Assembly (NCBI RefSeq): GCF_004010195.1 | Contig: NC_057719.1 | Coordinates: 69,812,401 to 69,876,400, forward strand | Direction: 5' to 3' | From: Chiloscyllium plagiosum | Lineage: Eukaryota | Length of the DNA stretch: 64,000 bases | Shown here: positions 1 through 11,308 of the stretch, piece by piece | Layout of the letters: the number at the start of each line of letters is the position of its first letter | Position numbering within the stretch: position 1 is the first letter of the stretch | The notes under the pieces: generated by a model | What the model was told of the DNA's origin: nothing | Databases searched by the model: none | What the model saw: the letters and a program-made list of their open reading frames with translations, nothing else | Translations under genes and position numbers: made by a program

Positions 1-1500
1 GGATGGGATTTTTCCGAGAATTCTCTGGGAAGCTACGGAGGAGATGGCTGAGCCTTTGGCCTTGATCTTTGAGTCTTCATTGTCTACATGTTTAAGACCA
101 GAGGACTGGAGAATTACAAATTTGTGTCCTTGTTCAAGAAGGGCAATAGAATTGACCCAGGTAACTATAGAGCAGTGAGCCCTTAGGTCTGTTGTAGGAA
201 AAGGATTATAAGAGATAGGATTTATAATTATCTAGCAACCAACAATTTGATTGGAAAAAGTCAACATGGTTTTGTCAAGGGCAGATGATTTCTCACAAAC
301 CTCATTGAGTTTTTTTGAGAAGGTGACCAAGCATGTGGAGGAGGGTAGGGCAGTTGACGTGGTGTACATGGACTTCAGTAAAGTCTTTGATAAGGCTCGA
401 GATAAGGTAGGGTACGAGAGAAAATGCAGAGGCATGGGATTGAAGGTGATTTAACAGTTTGGATTAGAAATTGGCTTTCTGAAAGAAGGCAATGAGTGGT
501 GGTTGATGGAAAATATTCACCCTGGAGTCCGGTTACTAGTACTGTGCCACAAGGATCTGTTTTGGCATTATTGCTGTTTGCCACTTTTATAAACTACTTG
601 GAAGCAGGCATAGGTGGATGGGTTAGTAAGTTTGCCGATGATACTAAAGTTGGTGGAATACTGGACAGTGTGGAAGAATGTTGCAGGTTGCAGAGAGACT
701 TGGATAAACTGCAGAATTGTGCTGAAAGGTGGCAAATGGAGTTCAATGCAGATAAATGTGAGATGATTCACTTTAGGAAGAATAACAGGAAGGTGGAATA
801 TTGGTTCAATGGAATGGCAGTGGGATCTTGATGTCCATGTACATAGATCCCTGAAAGTTGCCACCCAGGTTGATAATGTTGTCAAGAAGGCATACGGTGT
901 GTTAGATTTTATTGGTAGAGGGATTGAGTTCCGGAGCGGTGATGTCACGCTGCAACGGTACAAAACACTAGTGCGGCATCACTTGAAGTATTGTGTGCAG
1001 TTCTGGTCGCCCCATTACAGGAAGGATGTGGAAGCAATGAAAAAAGGTGCAGAGGAGATTTACCAGGATGTTGCCTAGTCTGAGGCAAAGGTCTTATGAG
1101 AAAAGGCTGAGGGACTTGGGTCTGTTCTTGTTGAAGAGAAGGCGGCTAAGAGTGGATTTAATAGAGACATACAAGATGATCAGAGGATTAGATAGGTGAA
1201 AGTCTTTTTTCTAGGATGATGTCAGCTTGTATGAGGGGGCATAGCTGCAAATTGAGTGATGATAGATTTAGGACAGATGTTAGAGGCAGGTTCTTTCTTC
1301 GAGTGGTAAGGGCATGGAATGCCTGCCAATGTAGGTAACTCAGCCACATTAGAGGCATTTAAACAGTCCTTGGATAAGCATATGAGTGATGACGGGATAG
1401 TGCAGCGGGTGGGCGTAGATTAGTTCATAGGTCGGTGCAACATTGAGGGCTGAAGGGCCTGTTCTGCACTGTATTGTTCTGTGATTTATATTCTATGTCT
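1..1500 (+). mobile_element. CR1-clade LINE, 3' part (RT and 3' UTR), degenerate; runs off the window start
   Basis: Broken ORFs carry CR1 RT motifs (VDVVYMDFSKVFDK, VPQGSVL, SKFADDTK, YCVQFWSPHY); ends in a TTCTAT-like tail near 1490. Confidence 0.93.
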
Positions 1501-4500
1501 GCAATGCAAGTGATATATCCATTCTCTTACTGATAAATTAACCAAAACATCAATTTTAACATGAGCACATTAATGTTGCTCATGAATTTGAAATTTGCGT
1601 TGTTATTATCCCGAAACAAAACTTTTCCAGGAACACTTGAGTGTATGTGAGGGGGAAAATTTTCATTTTTGAATGGCAGCTACTTGTCTTGCACAACCAA
1701 TCAGCAACCTGCCCTTTTGCGCATCTAATTTGAAGTTATTTGAAAGGAAAATAGCAGGAGTGTTTGTAGGTTGTTTTTCAAGAGGAATTTGACCCCTTCA
1801 CAAAATCTATTTGCTCCCTTCAGTTATTTTTCATTAGCTGAGTGGGGAGCACTCACACAGGGAGGTTCACAACACTAACACAGATGATGTCCAGAAATCA
1901 TCTCTCATCATTATGCTCAAGCCAGTTCAGTAAAAAGGAGAAAAATAAAATCAATCATCTTCAAATGGGGAAAAAAAAAGTCCAATGAAATTACCACTAC
2001 TGATTTAATTCTGTGAAACCAATCTTTGTTCAAATTGATAGGAGAATAATCATTTCATAATCATCATCCACTTACACAGTACCATGACTAGACACAGTTC
2101 CAGTAACTAAGTGTATACTTAGTTCTCAGATCCAAATATGAACTATTTCTTTCATCTTGATTTAGAGCAAAGACATTCTCTGTTTCTGAATTCCTTCGAG
2201 AAGTGTACTTACTCTATATTTTAAAAAAACGACAATCAAACAATAACTTTGGTCTTAGGGTCACATCACACTGCTTGATGCCAGCAATGGTGAAATGATA
2301 TTCAATAGAAATTGACATAAGTGCCATTCCATGTAACAATTGTACAAAAGGTCAAAATGATTCTGCTAAAATGCAAAAGTAAAAACACTTTATGAAGTTT
2401 CAACCCAGAAGAAACCTCTCTGCCTTAAGAAATTATAAGGACCCACACGTATCCTTTTGTTGGTTATAAACTGGAATGGAAGTCATATGTTGCGATCGGG
2501 CTGAAATGTCAGGAAAGTTTTGCAACTTGGAAACACCAAGTGGTGCACAATTTTGGCTGTACAAGACAATGTTACTTTTGGAGCAGTAAGATTGCTACAT
2601 TATCATATCAGAGTGACTCTAGGAATTTGTTTTTAAAAAAGTTACCTGACAACAGCACCCTGATTATTCGAAGTGTACTTTTGGGACAGAGTGGTGGAAG
2701 CAGTGCAGCCAGAACCATCCAGACCCAAAAATACAGCAAACATCTTTTCCCCCTTCTCTGTCAGCAAATGAAAAGACTGAAAAATAAAATCAAGAAACTC
2801 AAAAGGAAGAATTCTAATCCAAGAAAAGACTTGGGTTCACTTGATTAACTTTCGAATCGAAGGAATTTGCAGGAATTAACAAAAGCGAGATTGTCAGAAT
2901 TGGCAAATCAATTAGAAGTGGAATTACCTGCCAGGGCCAAGACAACAGTGGGAATTGATAAACTGGCAAAGTATCTGGGACTGGTAGAAATGCAAGGGTG
3001 AACTAGGTACACCAGATTGTGAGCCGCTGAAGTTATCAATGATTCAATTATAGATAAAAAGCAGCTTGATATGGAAAAGGAAATTAGAAGAAAGGCAGAA
3101 GATGGAGATAAAAAGCAAAACATTTGAGAGCAAAAAAAAAAGGAAAGGGAGAACATTTAACATGCTGGAACAAGAGGTTCAGGAGAGAGACGACAGTAAA
3201 AGAAGGGAAAATAGGATAGACATGGGAATATTAGCTTAAAATTATGTAGTTTTAAAAGAGAGAGTTTAAAATGTTGAAGGAGAGTTTGATGAGGAAAGCA
3301 CCAGTCACAATCTAAAGTTCAGTAAGAAAATGTTTAAATTTGTACAGACCCTATCAGAGTTTGAGCAAAAGGATATGGAGGCCTTTTTATCCAAATGTTA
3401 TTTGGGAAAATGAAATGGTGGCAAAAGAACTGGGCATTGCCTATGCAGAGCTAGTTGACAGGCAGAGCATATGAAATTCATGCATTACTGTTAGATGAAG
3501 ATTCTATGAACTATAACATTGTAAAATCAAGTTATTCTGGGGCTTACGAAATTTGTTCTTGAAGAATATCAGCAAAACTGAAGAAATTTGATGGATCAGC
3601 CTTGGCAAACATACCTTGATTTTGAAAAAATAAAGCAAAGTAATTTTCAAGTGACATTGAGGCATTAAGAAAAGACACCACGTACTAAGGTCTTCGAGAC
3701 ATAATTCTCCTAAAAGAATTTAAAAACTCACTCCTTCTTGGAATTGCAACCCATGTTGAAGATAAGGAATTACAACTGCTGGACAGGCAGCACAAATGGC
3801 TGACAATTACTATCTGATCTGTAAAGTTAAACTTAGTTCTATCACCCCCAAACATTGACAGGGATAGAGGGTAGTGTGGTTAAAAGAAGGCAAGTAGCCA
3901 ATTTAAAAGAAAGGATAGCTGGGAATGCCTCTAGATCCCCATCCCAGATCAGAAAAGGTGGTCCTGAGGGTAGAGGTGAAAGTAGAAGGCTCAAGTGTTC
4001 CATTGTGATAAAGTGGAACATCTTCATTTAGAAAGCAGGAAGCCTGTGAGACTTCCTGGGATTCATAAAAATGAATCCAAAAGTGGAACTCATAAGCAAA
4101 AATATCACGTATAAAATTGTAGTTTGGAGGTAAATGTTGTTGTGCAGGAAGGCGAATAAAGTAGATGAGAAATATAAAAGATTTTTGTCAAAAGGAAAGA
4201 TAACCCTTATTTCTTCATTAATACAACTAGATCCAATACAATGTTAAAATACACAAGAGCTACTCAATTTTTTTTGCCAGAGGAGGACATCAGTTTTCAT
4301 TGAACTCTGGAGAGGAAACCAACGTGTTAATAAATGTGATAAGGGGAGAATATACTTTGGTTACTTTACACAACATGCAATTGAAGTGTGATTTGCTGTC
4401 CTGAACAGTGGTAATCGGGATTGTAAAGAAATTAACTGTGAATGAAGTTGATTCACTCCTGGCTAACGATTTGACTGGAGTGAGAAAGTTATAGCTTTGC

Positions 4501-4697
4501 CCATACCCACAAAGTCTGAGTAAGCTTAAAGACCTGGGACAGTTACAGGAGCGGTTTTCAAATATTGTTCCATTGTGTGATGTTCTGAGAAATCACACAA
4601 CAACCCCAACACTGCATGTCAAAGCAATACCACAACCAAATGATAAACTGTGCAAACCTTTCTTCATGGATGGGGTTGATTCAAAAGAAGCATTAAA

Positions 4698-5594
4698 GTT
4701 AAAAAATCACAACACCAGGCTATAGTTCAACAGGTTTATTTGGAAGCACTAGCTTTCGGAGCACTGCTCCTTCATCAGGTAGTTGTGGAGCAGGACCACA
4801 AGACAGAATTTATAGCAAAAGATTACAGTGTCATGCAAGTAAAAATGATATATTTAACAAACCTAGATTGTTGGCAAGTCTTACACAGGTTTCGGTTCAT
4901 TAACATATAAATCCCAGAACTTCTAAGTCACATTCTCGAGAGAAGTTAAAGCTTTATTAAAAAAAAGTGACATCTCAGCTCAGACAATACCTTAAAAAAG
5001 GTGAGAGTCTGTCTCTATCCCAATCTTAACTCAGACGGATTCCAATCCCAAAGTGGAATTTACAAAATATTATATGGATTGACTCTCCATTGACTGCCTA
5101 CCAGTTGTGTATTTTTTGAGCAAAATAGAATGTATCTGTAAATATAAAATAGACCAGTAGGCAGTCAATGCAGCCAGTCAATCCATGTAATATTTTATAA
5201 ATTCCTACTTTGGAAATAGACTCAAACCTTATACCTTTTAATGCATTGTCTGAGCTCAGATGTCACCTTTTGTTATAAAACCTCAAGTTATCTCGAGAAT
5301 GTGACTTCAACGAAATTCTGGGATTTACATATTAATGAACCGAAACCTGTAATTCATTCTTAAAAAAAAGAAAGACTTAACAACAATTGTGGTTTGTTAA
5401 ATATATCATTTTACTTGCGTAACACTAATTTTTGCTGTAAATTCTGTGTCTTACGGTCCTACTCCACAGCCACCTGATGAAGGAGCGGTGCTCCAAAAGC
5501 TAGTGCTTCCAAATAAACCGGTTGGACTATAACCTGGTGTTACGTGATCTTTAGCTTTGTCCACCCCAGTCCAAAACAGGCTCCTCCGCATTCT
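4698..5594. mobile_element. Foldback (inverted) Penelope-like pseudo-LTR pair, non-autonomous
   Basis: Arms of ~400 bp are reverse complements of each other about a centre near 5130; 9-bp direct repeat AGCATTAAA at 4689-4697 and 5595-5603; same sequence as the 3' end of the PLE at 18890-20384. Confidence 0.85.
4747..4781 (-). ncRNA. Minimal hammerhead ribozyme motif in a PLE terminal repeat, core intact
   Basis: Minus strand reads tacCTGATGAaGGAGCagtGCTCCGAAAGCTAgtg: CUGAUGA core, stem II, GAAA, palindromic AGCT, short stem I. Confidence 0.7.
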
Positions 5595-5624
5595 AGCATT
5601 AAATAGGTCTTCACTAGGGGAGAT

Positions 5625-5965
5625 GGTGAAGGGGCAATGGTCTAGTAGTATCATCACTGGAATGTTAATGCTGTGACCCAGGTTTAAACCCCTCCAAGGC
5701 AGATGGTGGAATTTGAATTCAATAGAAAAATACCTGGAATTAACAAGAGTCTAATGATGACCGTGAATCCATTGTTGATTGTTGGAAAAACTATTGGGTT
5801 CACTAAATGTCCTTTAGGGGAGGGAACTGCCATCCTTACCTGCTCTGGCCTACATGGGACTCCAGACCCACAGCAATTGGTGGACTCTCAACTGCCCTCT
5901 GGGAAAAGAATGATGGACAATAAATGCTGATCTATCCAGTGATGCCCACATCCCATGAACGAATA
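5625..5965 (+). mobile_element. SINE with tRNA-like head and LINE-derived tail
   Basis: A/B-box-like head (TGGTCTAGTAG...GGTTTAAACC); tail (ACAATAAATGCTG...GATGCCCACATCCCATGAACGAAT) resembles the 3' end of the LINE at 44690-45477. Confidence 0.6.
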
Positions 5966-6148
5966 CAGAAAAATTAACTTAAGGTTCAGAAAGCAGATCT
6001 GGAGATAAGTTAATACAAGCAACTCACACTAAAGCGGAGACTGAAAACATTCTGGAGTGCTATTATGTTAGAAATGGGTCCTGATGAAGACATGGAGACA
6101 TCCTCAGAGGCACAGTTGAGGAATGCATGATTGTTCAGAGATTGCTTC

Positions 6149-7122
6149 CGTAGTAATTTTAATGAGGTCAGCCAGATGGACCTCAGGATAGGAGTTCCTG
6201 ATTGGACCACGTTAACAGCCCCAATCAGGGAGGTCTGGCCAACAGATATGGAAACTGAATAAAGGTTCGTGCACCTGGTTAAAAAAAGAAAAAAAAAGAT
6301 AGGAGTGTTAGCATGCGGTGTCCACCAACACCCTGGAGTTGTTCAGGGAGAGGTGGGTGCTGCAGGGAGTGGAGTGCATTATTTCCCCCTCCAATTCCAT
6401 TTTGATTTCGTCCCTGCCCTCCCCTTCACTGTTTGATCACACAGCATTGCCCTTTGCTGTGAAGGGCACTGCTTGTCACTGGCCATTCGGGTGTTTCCTT
6501 TCTTCCTGGTGGTGGAAACTGAATAAAGATTCGTGCACCTTGTGTCTCTCACTGTGTCTCACACCTGCACACACACAACATGGGTGCTGGGGAAAATATA
6601 AGCACTACCGCAGTTAGGTGGTAGTGTGGGGGTTAAATTAAAAAAAATAGGAGTGTCAGACATCCTGCAAAAATAAAAGGACAGATATGGAAACTGAATA
6701 AAGGTTCGTGCACCTTGTAGAAAAAAAATAGGAGTGTTAGCACGCAGTGGTTACCAACACCCTGGAGTTGTTCAGGGAGAGGTGGGCGCCGCAGGGAATG
6801 GAGTGCATTATTTCCTCCTCCAATTCTATTTTGATTTAAGCCCTGCACTCCCCTTCACTAAAAAAAGAAAAAAAAGATTAGGAGTGTTCACACAAAAAAA
6901 GAAAACAAAACAGGATTGTTGTCAAATAAATAAAAATAAAGAGTAGGAGTGTTCACTTCCACACACACAACATAGGTGCTGGGGAAAAATATGAACAGGA
7001 GTGTCAGATATCCTGTTTGCTCTGAGCTGACTTGGAGGGAGCTGGATCAGTTTCAAGGACTCTCCATGTGTAAATAAAAGGTGGTTTGGTAATGGGACAC
7101 CATCCTCTGTGGAGCTATTTCG
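6149..7122 (+). mobile_element. Solo LTR inserted in the Gypsy pol region, expanded by the insertion array at 6242-7004
   Basis: Inverted CCAAT pair (TGATTGG ~6200, CCAATCA ~6220); TATA-like GATAT/ATATGAAC; AATAAA at ~7073; the pol reading frame stops at ~6148 and resumes at ~7130. Confidence 0.6.
6242..7004 (+). repeat. Array of A-tailed inserts, mostly Tx1-like LINE fragments, separated by a repeated AGGAGTGT motif
   Basis: Motif at 6301, 6649, 6730, 6880, 6912 (AGGATTGT), 6945 and 6997; inserts 6310-6647 and 6739-6877 match 58604 onward (STNTLELFRERWV.QGVECIISPSNSILI). Confidence 0.85.
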
Positions 7123-8181
7123 GGTAACACACATATTGTAAGGAGATACTGCATGTGGTTTGTGAAATGCCTAATACAGGACATATAGAAATACAGAAAA
7201 CTCAAACATCAATAAATAGCCAATCTTCTTGGCCACAACTTCATAATGACATAGTGCAATTCCATAAAATACTGTCCATTTAGTTAATAGAGAAACCACA
7301 TCATGTAATTAAACTGTACTTTTAATACCTCTACCAGTCATTGAAAAACCTTCCAGTTGAGTGTTAATAGATTGTGTAAGAACATTACTAAAAAAAAAAG
7401 GAACACCAGTATATCTTTACAATTATGGATATGCAACTCTATTTACTATTTGTTTATATTCTTTAAGGACAATTACAGCTAACATAGAAGGTTTAAAAAA
7501 AAAACCAAAACACTTTTTAAACTAGTTATGGAGTACCCATTAAAATTAATCAGACCAAGGTTCTAATTTTATGCCTAAAAAACTTTTCAGAACATAAGGA
7601 AGAATTTAGGTGTTTAACAGTTGACGTCTACTGCATATCATCCACATAGGGAGCTTTGGAGAGATACCAACAGAGTCTCAAACCAATGATTAAGCCAAAT
7701 GTTATAAATACCCACAGGATTCGGACAATGATTAGATTTCTTCCGATTTGCTGTCAGAGATTGAGTTTAGTTCATTTCAATTGAAAGATGGTCATGAGAT
7801 AAGTGATCCAATAAAACTAATTAATAATAGTTAAGACAAAGAAACAATCCTCATTGTTAAAATACATGTTCATGTTTCTGGAAAGAATCAAAATAATATG
7901 CAAACAGCACATGAACATTTAAAAAGAAGTCCCAGTTAAAGCTGAACGAACAGGCAGACATTCCACTACAAAAATATATAAAATGAGAGGAAATGAATCA
8001 ATGAAAGCAACATTCATTCATCCATACAAGGTAGATGGAAGGGTCAGTAACATAACTAATCAGCTAGCTACTACAGATCACAGGAAGAGGAATCAGCTAT
8101 GTCACATGAATAGTTTAAAGTGATATCATCACAGAGAGGAAGAAAAGAAAGTGCAAGTATGTCAGGTAGCAAGAGTATTAT

Positions 8182-8380
8182 AGATAGAATCCCAACAGTA
8201 TGGAAGCAAGCTGTTTAACCCATCAAGTTCACATTGACCCCCTGAAGAGCATTCCATCCTATCCCTGGAATCCTGCATTTGACATGGATAATCCACCCAG
8301 TTTCCACTTCCCTGGACACTATGGGCAATTTAGCATGGCCAGTCCACCTAACCTGCATAGCTTTGGACTGTGGGAGGAAG
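8182..8380 (-). mobile_element. HE1-like V-SINE, 3' half
   Basis: Conserved core CCCACAGTCCAAAG..TGCAGGTTAGGTGGACTGGCCATGCTAAATTGCCC and CR1-like tail. Confidence 0.8.
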
Positions 8381-9653
8381 CTAAAACAGTGGATATGGTC
8401 AGGATCAGTGAGAATGAGGTAGGAGGAGATGTATAAAGTGAACATTCTACAAAATCAACTAGCCAATGCTGAAATACAGGAAAAGTTAGAAAACGTATTT
8501 TGCTATTTAGAGAAAAACAAAAGGACAACAGGAGATTTAGTAAGGTTACTTAGATAATTTAAGAAATATGTAGAGAAATGCCAGCATTATTAGTCAAGCA
8601 TGATGTGGATGTAGTACAAGTCAGTGCCAGTAAAAAATCCTTGTCAGTTAAATCTGGACAGAGAAAAGGTCAGATGGAAATGGAGATCCAATATATTCTA
8701 GAAAATCACCTGATTGAATTGAGCCAGAGTACCTGGAGTTTACCAGTGGCATTAGTTCCTGAACCAGCCAGGTCTCCATAGGTAACAGAAAAGTAAACAC
8801 AGTAACAAAAAAAAAATACAAACTCATACCAAAAATTGTCAGAAGATTGTTTGATAGGGTTCTCAGTGCCTCATTCCTTTCTCAGATTGATCTAGTAAAG
8901 GTGTTCAGGGAAATGCTATTATCAAAAGCTAAAGAGATATTAGCATTTAATATAGCAAATGGATTTTATCAATGTCAAGTCATGCCATTCAGGTTTAAAA
9001 ATTTGAGCTACATCCCAAAGATTTATGAATTGAGTCATTCCTTAAGTGTCTAATTATGCTGTTATTTAGAAAATGTTTTAATAGCGAACAACATCTGGGA
9101 AGAAATTTAAAGCAATTGGAAGATCTGCTGAAATAATTACATTTTCCTGGCTAAATAATAAATCTCTTCAAGAGAAACTTTGCAGCAGTAAGGATAACTT
9201 ACCTAGGACACAGCACAGAGCAAAGTCATATGTTACCAAGAACAGTAAAAGTGAAGGCTCTGGTTGAATTCCCTAACAATTCCTAAAACTAAACAGGAAA
9301 TCAGGAATTGTGAGAATGTGTGGACGTTTTTGGACATTGGTGCATGAATTCAGCACAATAGTTGCATTTTTAATCAATAGGCTATAAAAACAGGAAAAGG
9401 TGATGTGGTCAGAGTGCCAGGAAGGATTTCAGAAGCTGAAGGCAGTCCAAACAAATGAGTCAGTGTTGGATTCCCTGACTTTTTTAAACAGTATGAAATG
9501 GCAATTGGCATCAATGACTTGGGGGTAAAAGTACAGTTATATTACAAGATGAATTGAGAATAAAAAAAAATCTAGGAAACTAATATCAGAAAAAGTGCTC
9601 TTCAGTGAAACAGCAAACTGTGTGATTATTATTGACTTTTGAAGCTTCTTTCA

Positions 9654-10018
9654 GAGAATCATAGAAACCCTTCATTGTGGAAACAGGCTCATCATCCCAA
9701 CAAGTCCACACCAACCATCCAAAGAATGTCCCGAACAAACCCATTACCCTACCCGATTACTCTACATTTACCCTGACTATTGCACCTAACCTATATGTTG
9801 TTGAACACTTTGGGCAATTTAGCATAGCTAATTTATCTAATCTGCACACATTTGGACTGTGGGAGGTAACCAGAGCATCCAGAGGAAGCCCGCTCAGACA
9901 CTGGGAGATTGTCCCAGTCTGTGGGAAGTTTGCACAGTTGCCAGAGGTTTGAATCGAACCGGATCCCTGGTGCTGTGAGGCAGCAGTGCTAACCACGGAG
10001 TCAGTGTGCTCCCCATGG
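9654..10018 (-). mobile_element. HE1-like V-SINE
   Basis: tRNA-like head (GTGGTTAGCACTGCTGCCTCACAGC...GGTTCGATTC), V-domain core, tail. Confidence 0.85.
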
Positions 10019-10899
10019 CACTCCTTTGTCTTGGATATGTATCTTTACATTTATAATTTAACATGAGAATAATTACAGTCAACAATTCAATTGTTAAAGA
10101 AACTCTCCAATATCAGTGACAAAACTGTATTGTTCAGGTTGTGGGTTTATTACGTTTTTGCAGCTGTTTCTTTGTTTTCCTTCCTCAATAACCTGTTTAA
10201 AATACAGCTGACATGGAGTCACATATCATCATCAAATATCAATTTGTATCAGCTTATCAAACAAGTTGAGGAAAATTCCATTGTGTTACATTTCCCTCAC
10301 AGGCAATGCCACAGTGGATAGATTTCACTATAAAATCTTTATTCCTTGCACAACCAAGAAGCAGAGGGAAAGAGTAGGCATTGTTTTTTTAAATGCTAGC
10401 TTCCCTCTGGTGTAAATGATAATACGTGCCCTTTCATTGGTCGAAATTGCTTACAACAAGAGGAAATGCTTTCAACTGTGAAAACCCATGAAGACCCATA
10501 TAGTTTCTGTGATAAGAATATTATCACAAATCTGTTTGCTCCCTACCTCGGATCTTATGATTCATTTTGTCCCAATCTTTATTTTGCAGCACCTGACCAT
10601 TCAGCTGATAATGCCTGAATGGACAATAAAATGATTCAGCTGCCAGATGGACACTGGCTTGAATGTTTCTTTCTATTTCTAGTAAATGTTCACTGCAGAG
10701 TTTAAAATTTCCATTATAAATCCAATTGGAAATTAGCAGATTAATATTTTGTGGAGCTCAGAGGTAGGTTTGGATGTTCAGATTAATATTTTGAACCATT
10801 TCAATATTTGCTGTACTCAGCAAAATTTCTCCCTGGTATGGGCCAGGAGTACAACATACAGTCAACAATTAGACAGACAATCAAGTGACTATTCAAGGT

Positions 10900-11230
10900 A
10901 GGTGGCACAGTGGTTAGCATTGCTGCCTCACAGTGCCAGGGAGCCAGGTTCGATTACACCCTTGGGTGACTGTCTTGGTGAAGTTTGCATGTCCTCCCAG
11001 TGTCTGTGTGGATTTAATCCAGGTGTTCTGGTTTTCTCCCATTTTCCAAAGATGGCCATGCTAAGATGCCCATTGTGTACAGGGATGTATAGGTTAGGAG
11101 GATTAGCCATGAAAAATGCAGGGTTACAGGGATAGGGAAATAGGTATGAGTGGGATGCTCTTCAGAGGGTGGGTGTGGACTTGATAGGCCAAATGGCCTG
11201 CACCCATACTGTAGGGATTCTATGATTCTA
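10900..11230 (+). mobile_element. HE1-like V-SINE, near full length
   Basis: Head GGTGGCACAGTGGTTAGC...GGTTCGATT; core; GATTCTATGATTCTA tail. Confidence 0.88.
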
Positions 11231-11308
11231 CTTATATCACATACGTGACAGCTTCATTTATGGTTAAGTTTTATGAAGATTCATTGGACTTAACATGAAA
11301 GAACAAAG

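Larger units (their letters stand above)
2850..9650 (+). mobile_element. Degenerate Ty3/Gypsy LTR retrotransposon, internal region, Gmr1-like order gag-PR-INT-RT-RNaseH; interrupted by several insertions
   Basis: Hand translation: gag-like LTGRAYEIHALL/VILGAYE ~3450-3560; knuckle remnant C-FHCDKVEH ~3995; protease remnants ~4240-4480 (LLANDLTG); integrase ~7130-7700 (GHIEIQKT, LIDCV, SDQGSNF, STAYHP); RT 8570-9200 (STWSLPVALVP, IDLVK, VMPFRFKN); RNase H remnant ~9490-9640. Confidence 0.85.

Noticed and set aside
6242..7004. CRISPR array
   Set aside because: Eukaryotic context, 8-nt repeat, highly variable A-tailed spacers, no cas genes
10900..10975. tRNA gene
   Set aside because: It is the tRNA-derived head of a SINE and continues into the SINE core and tail
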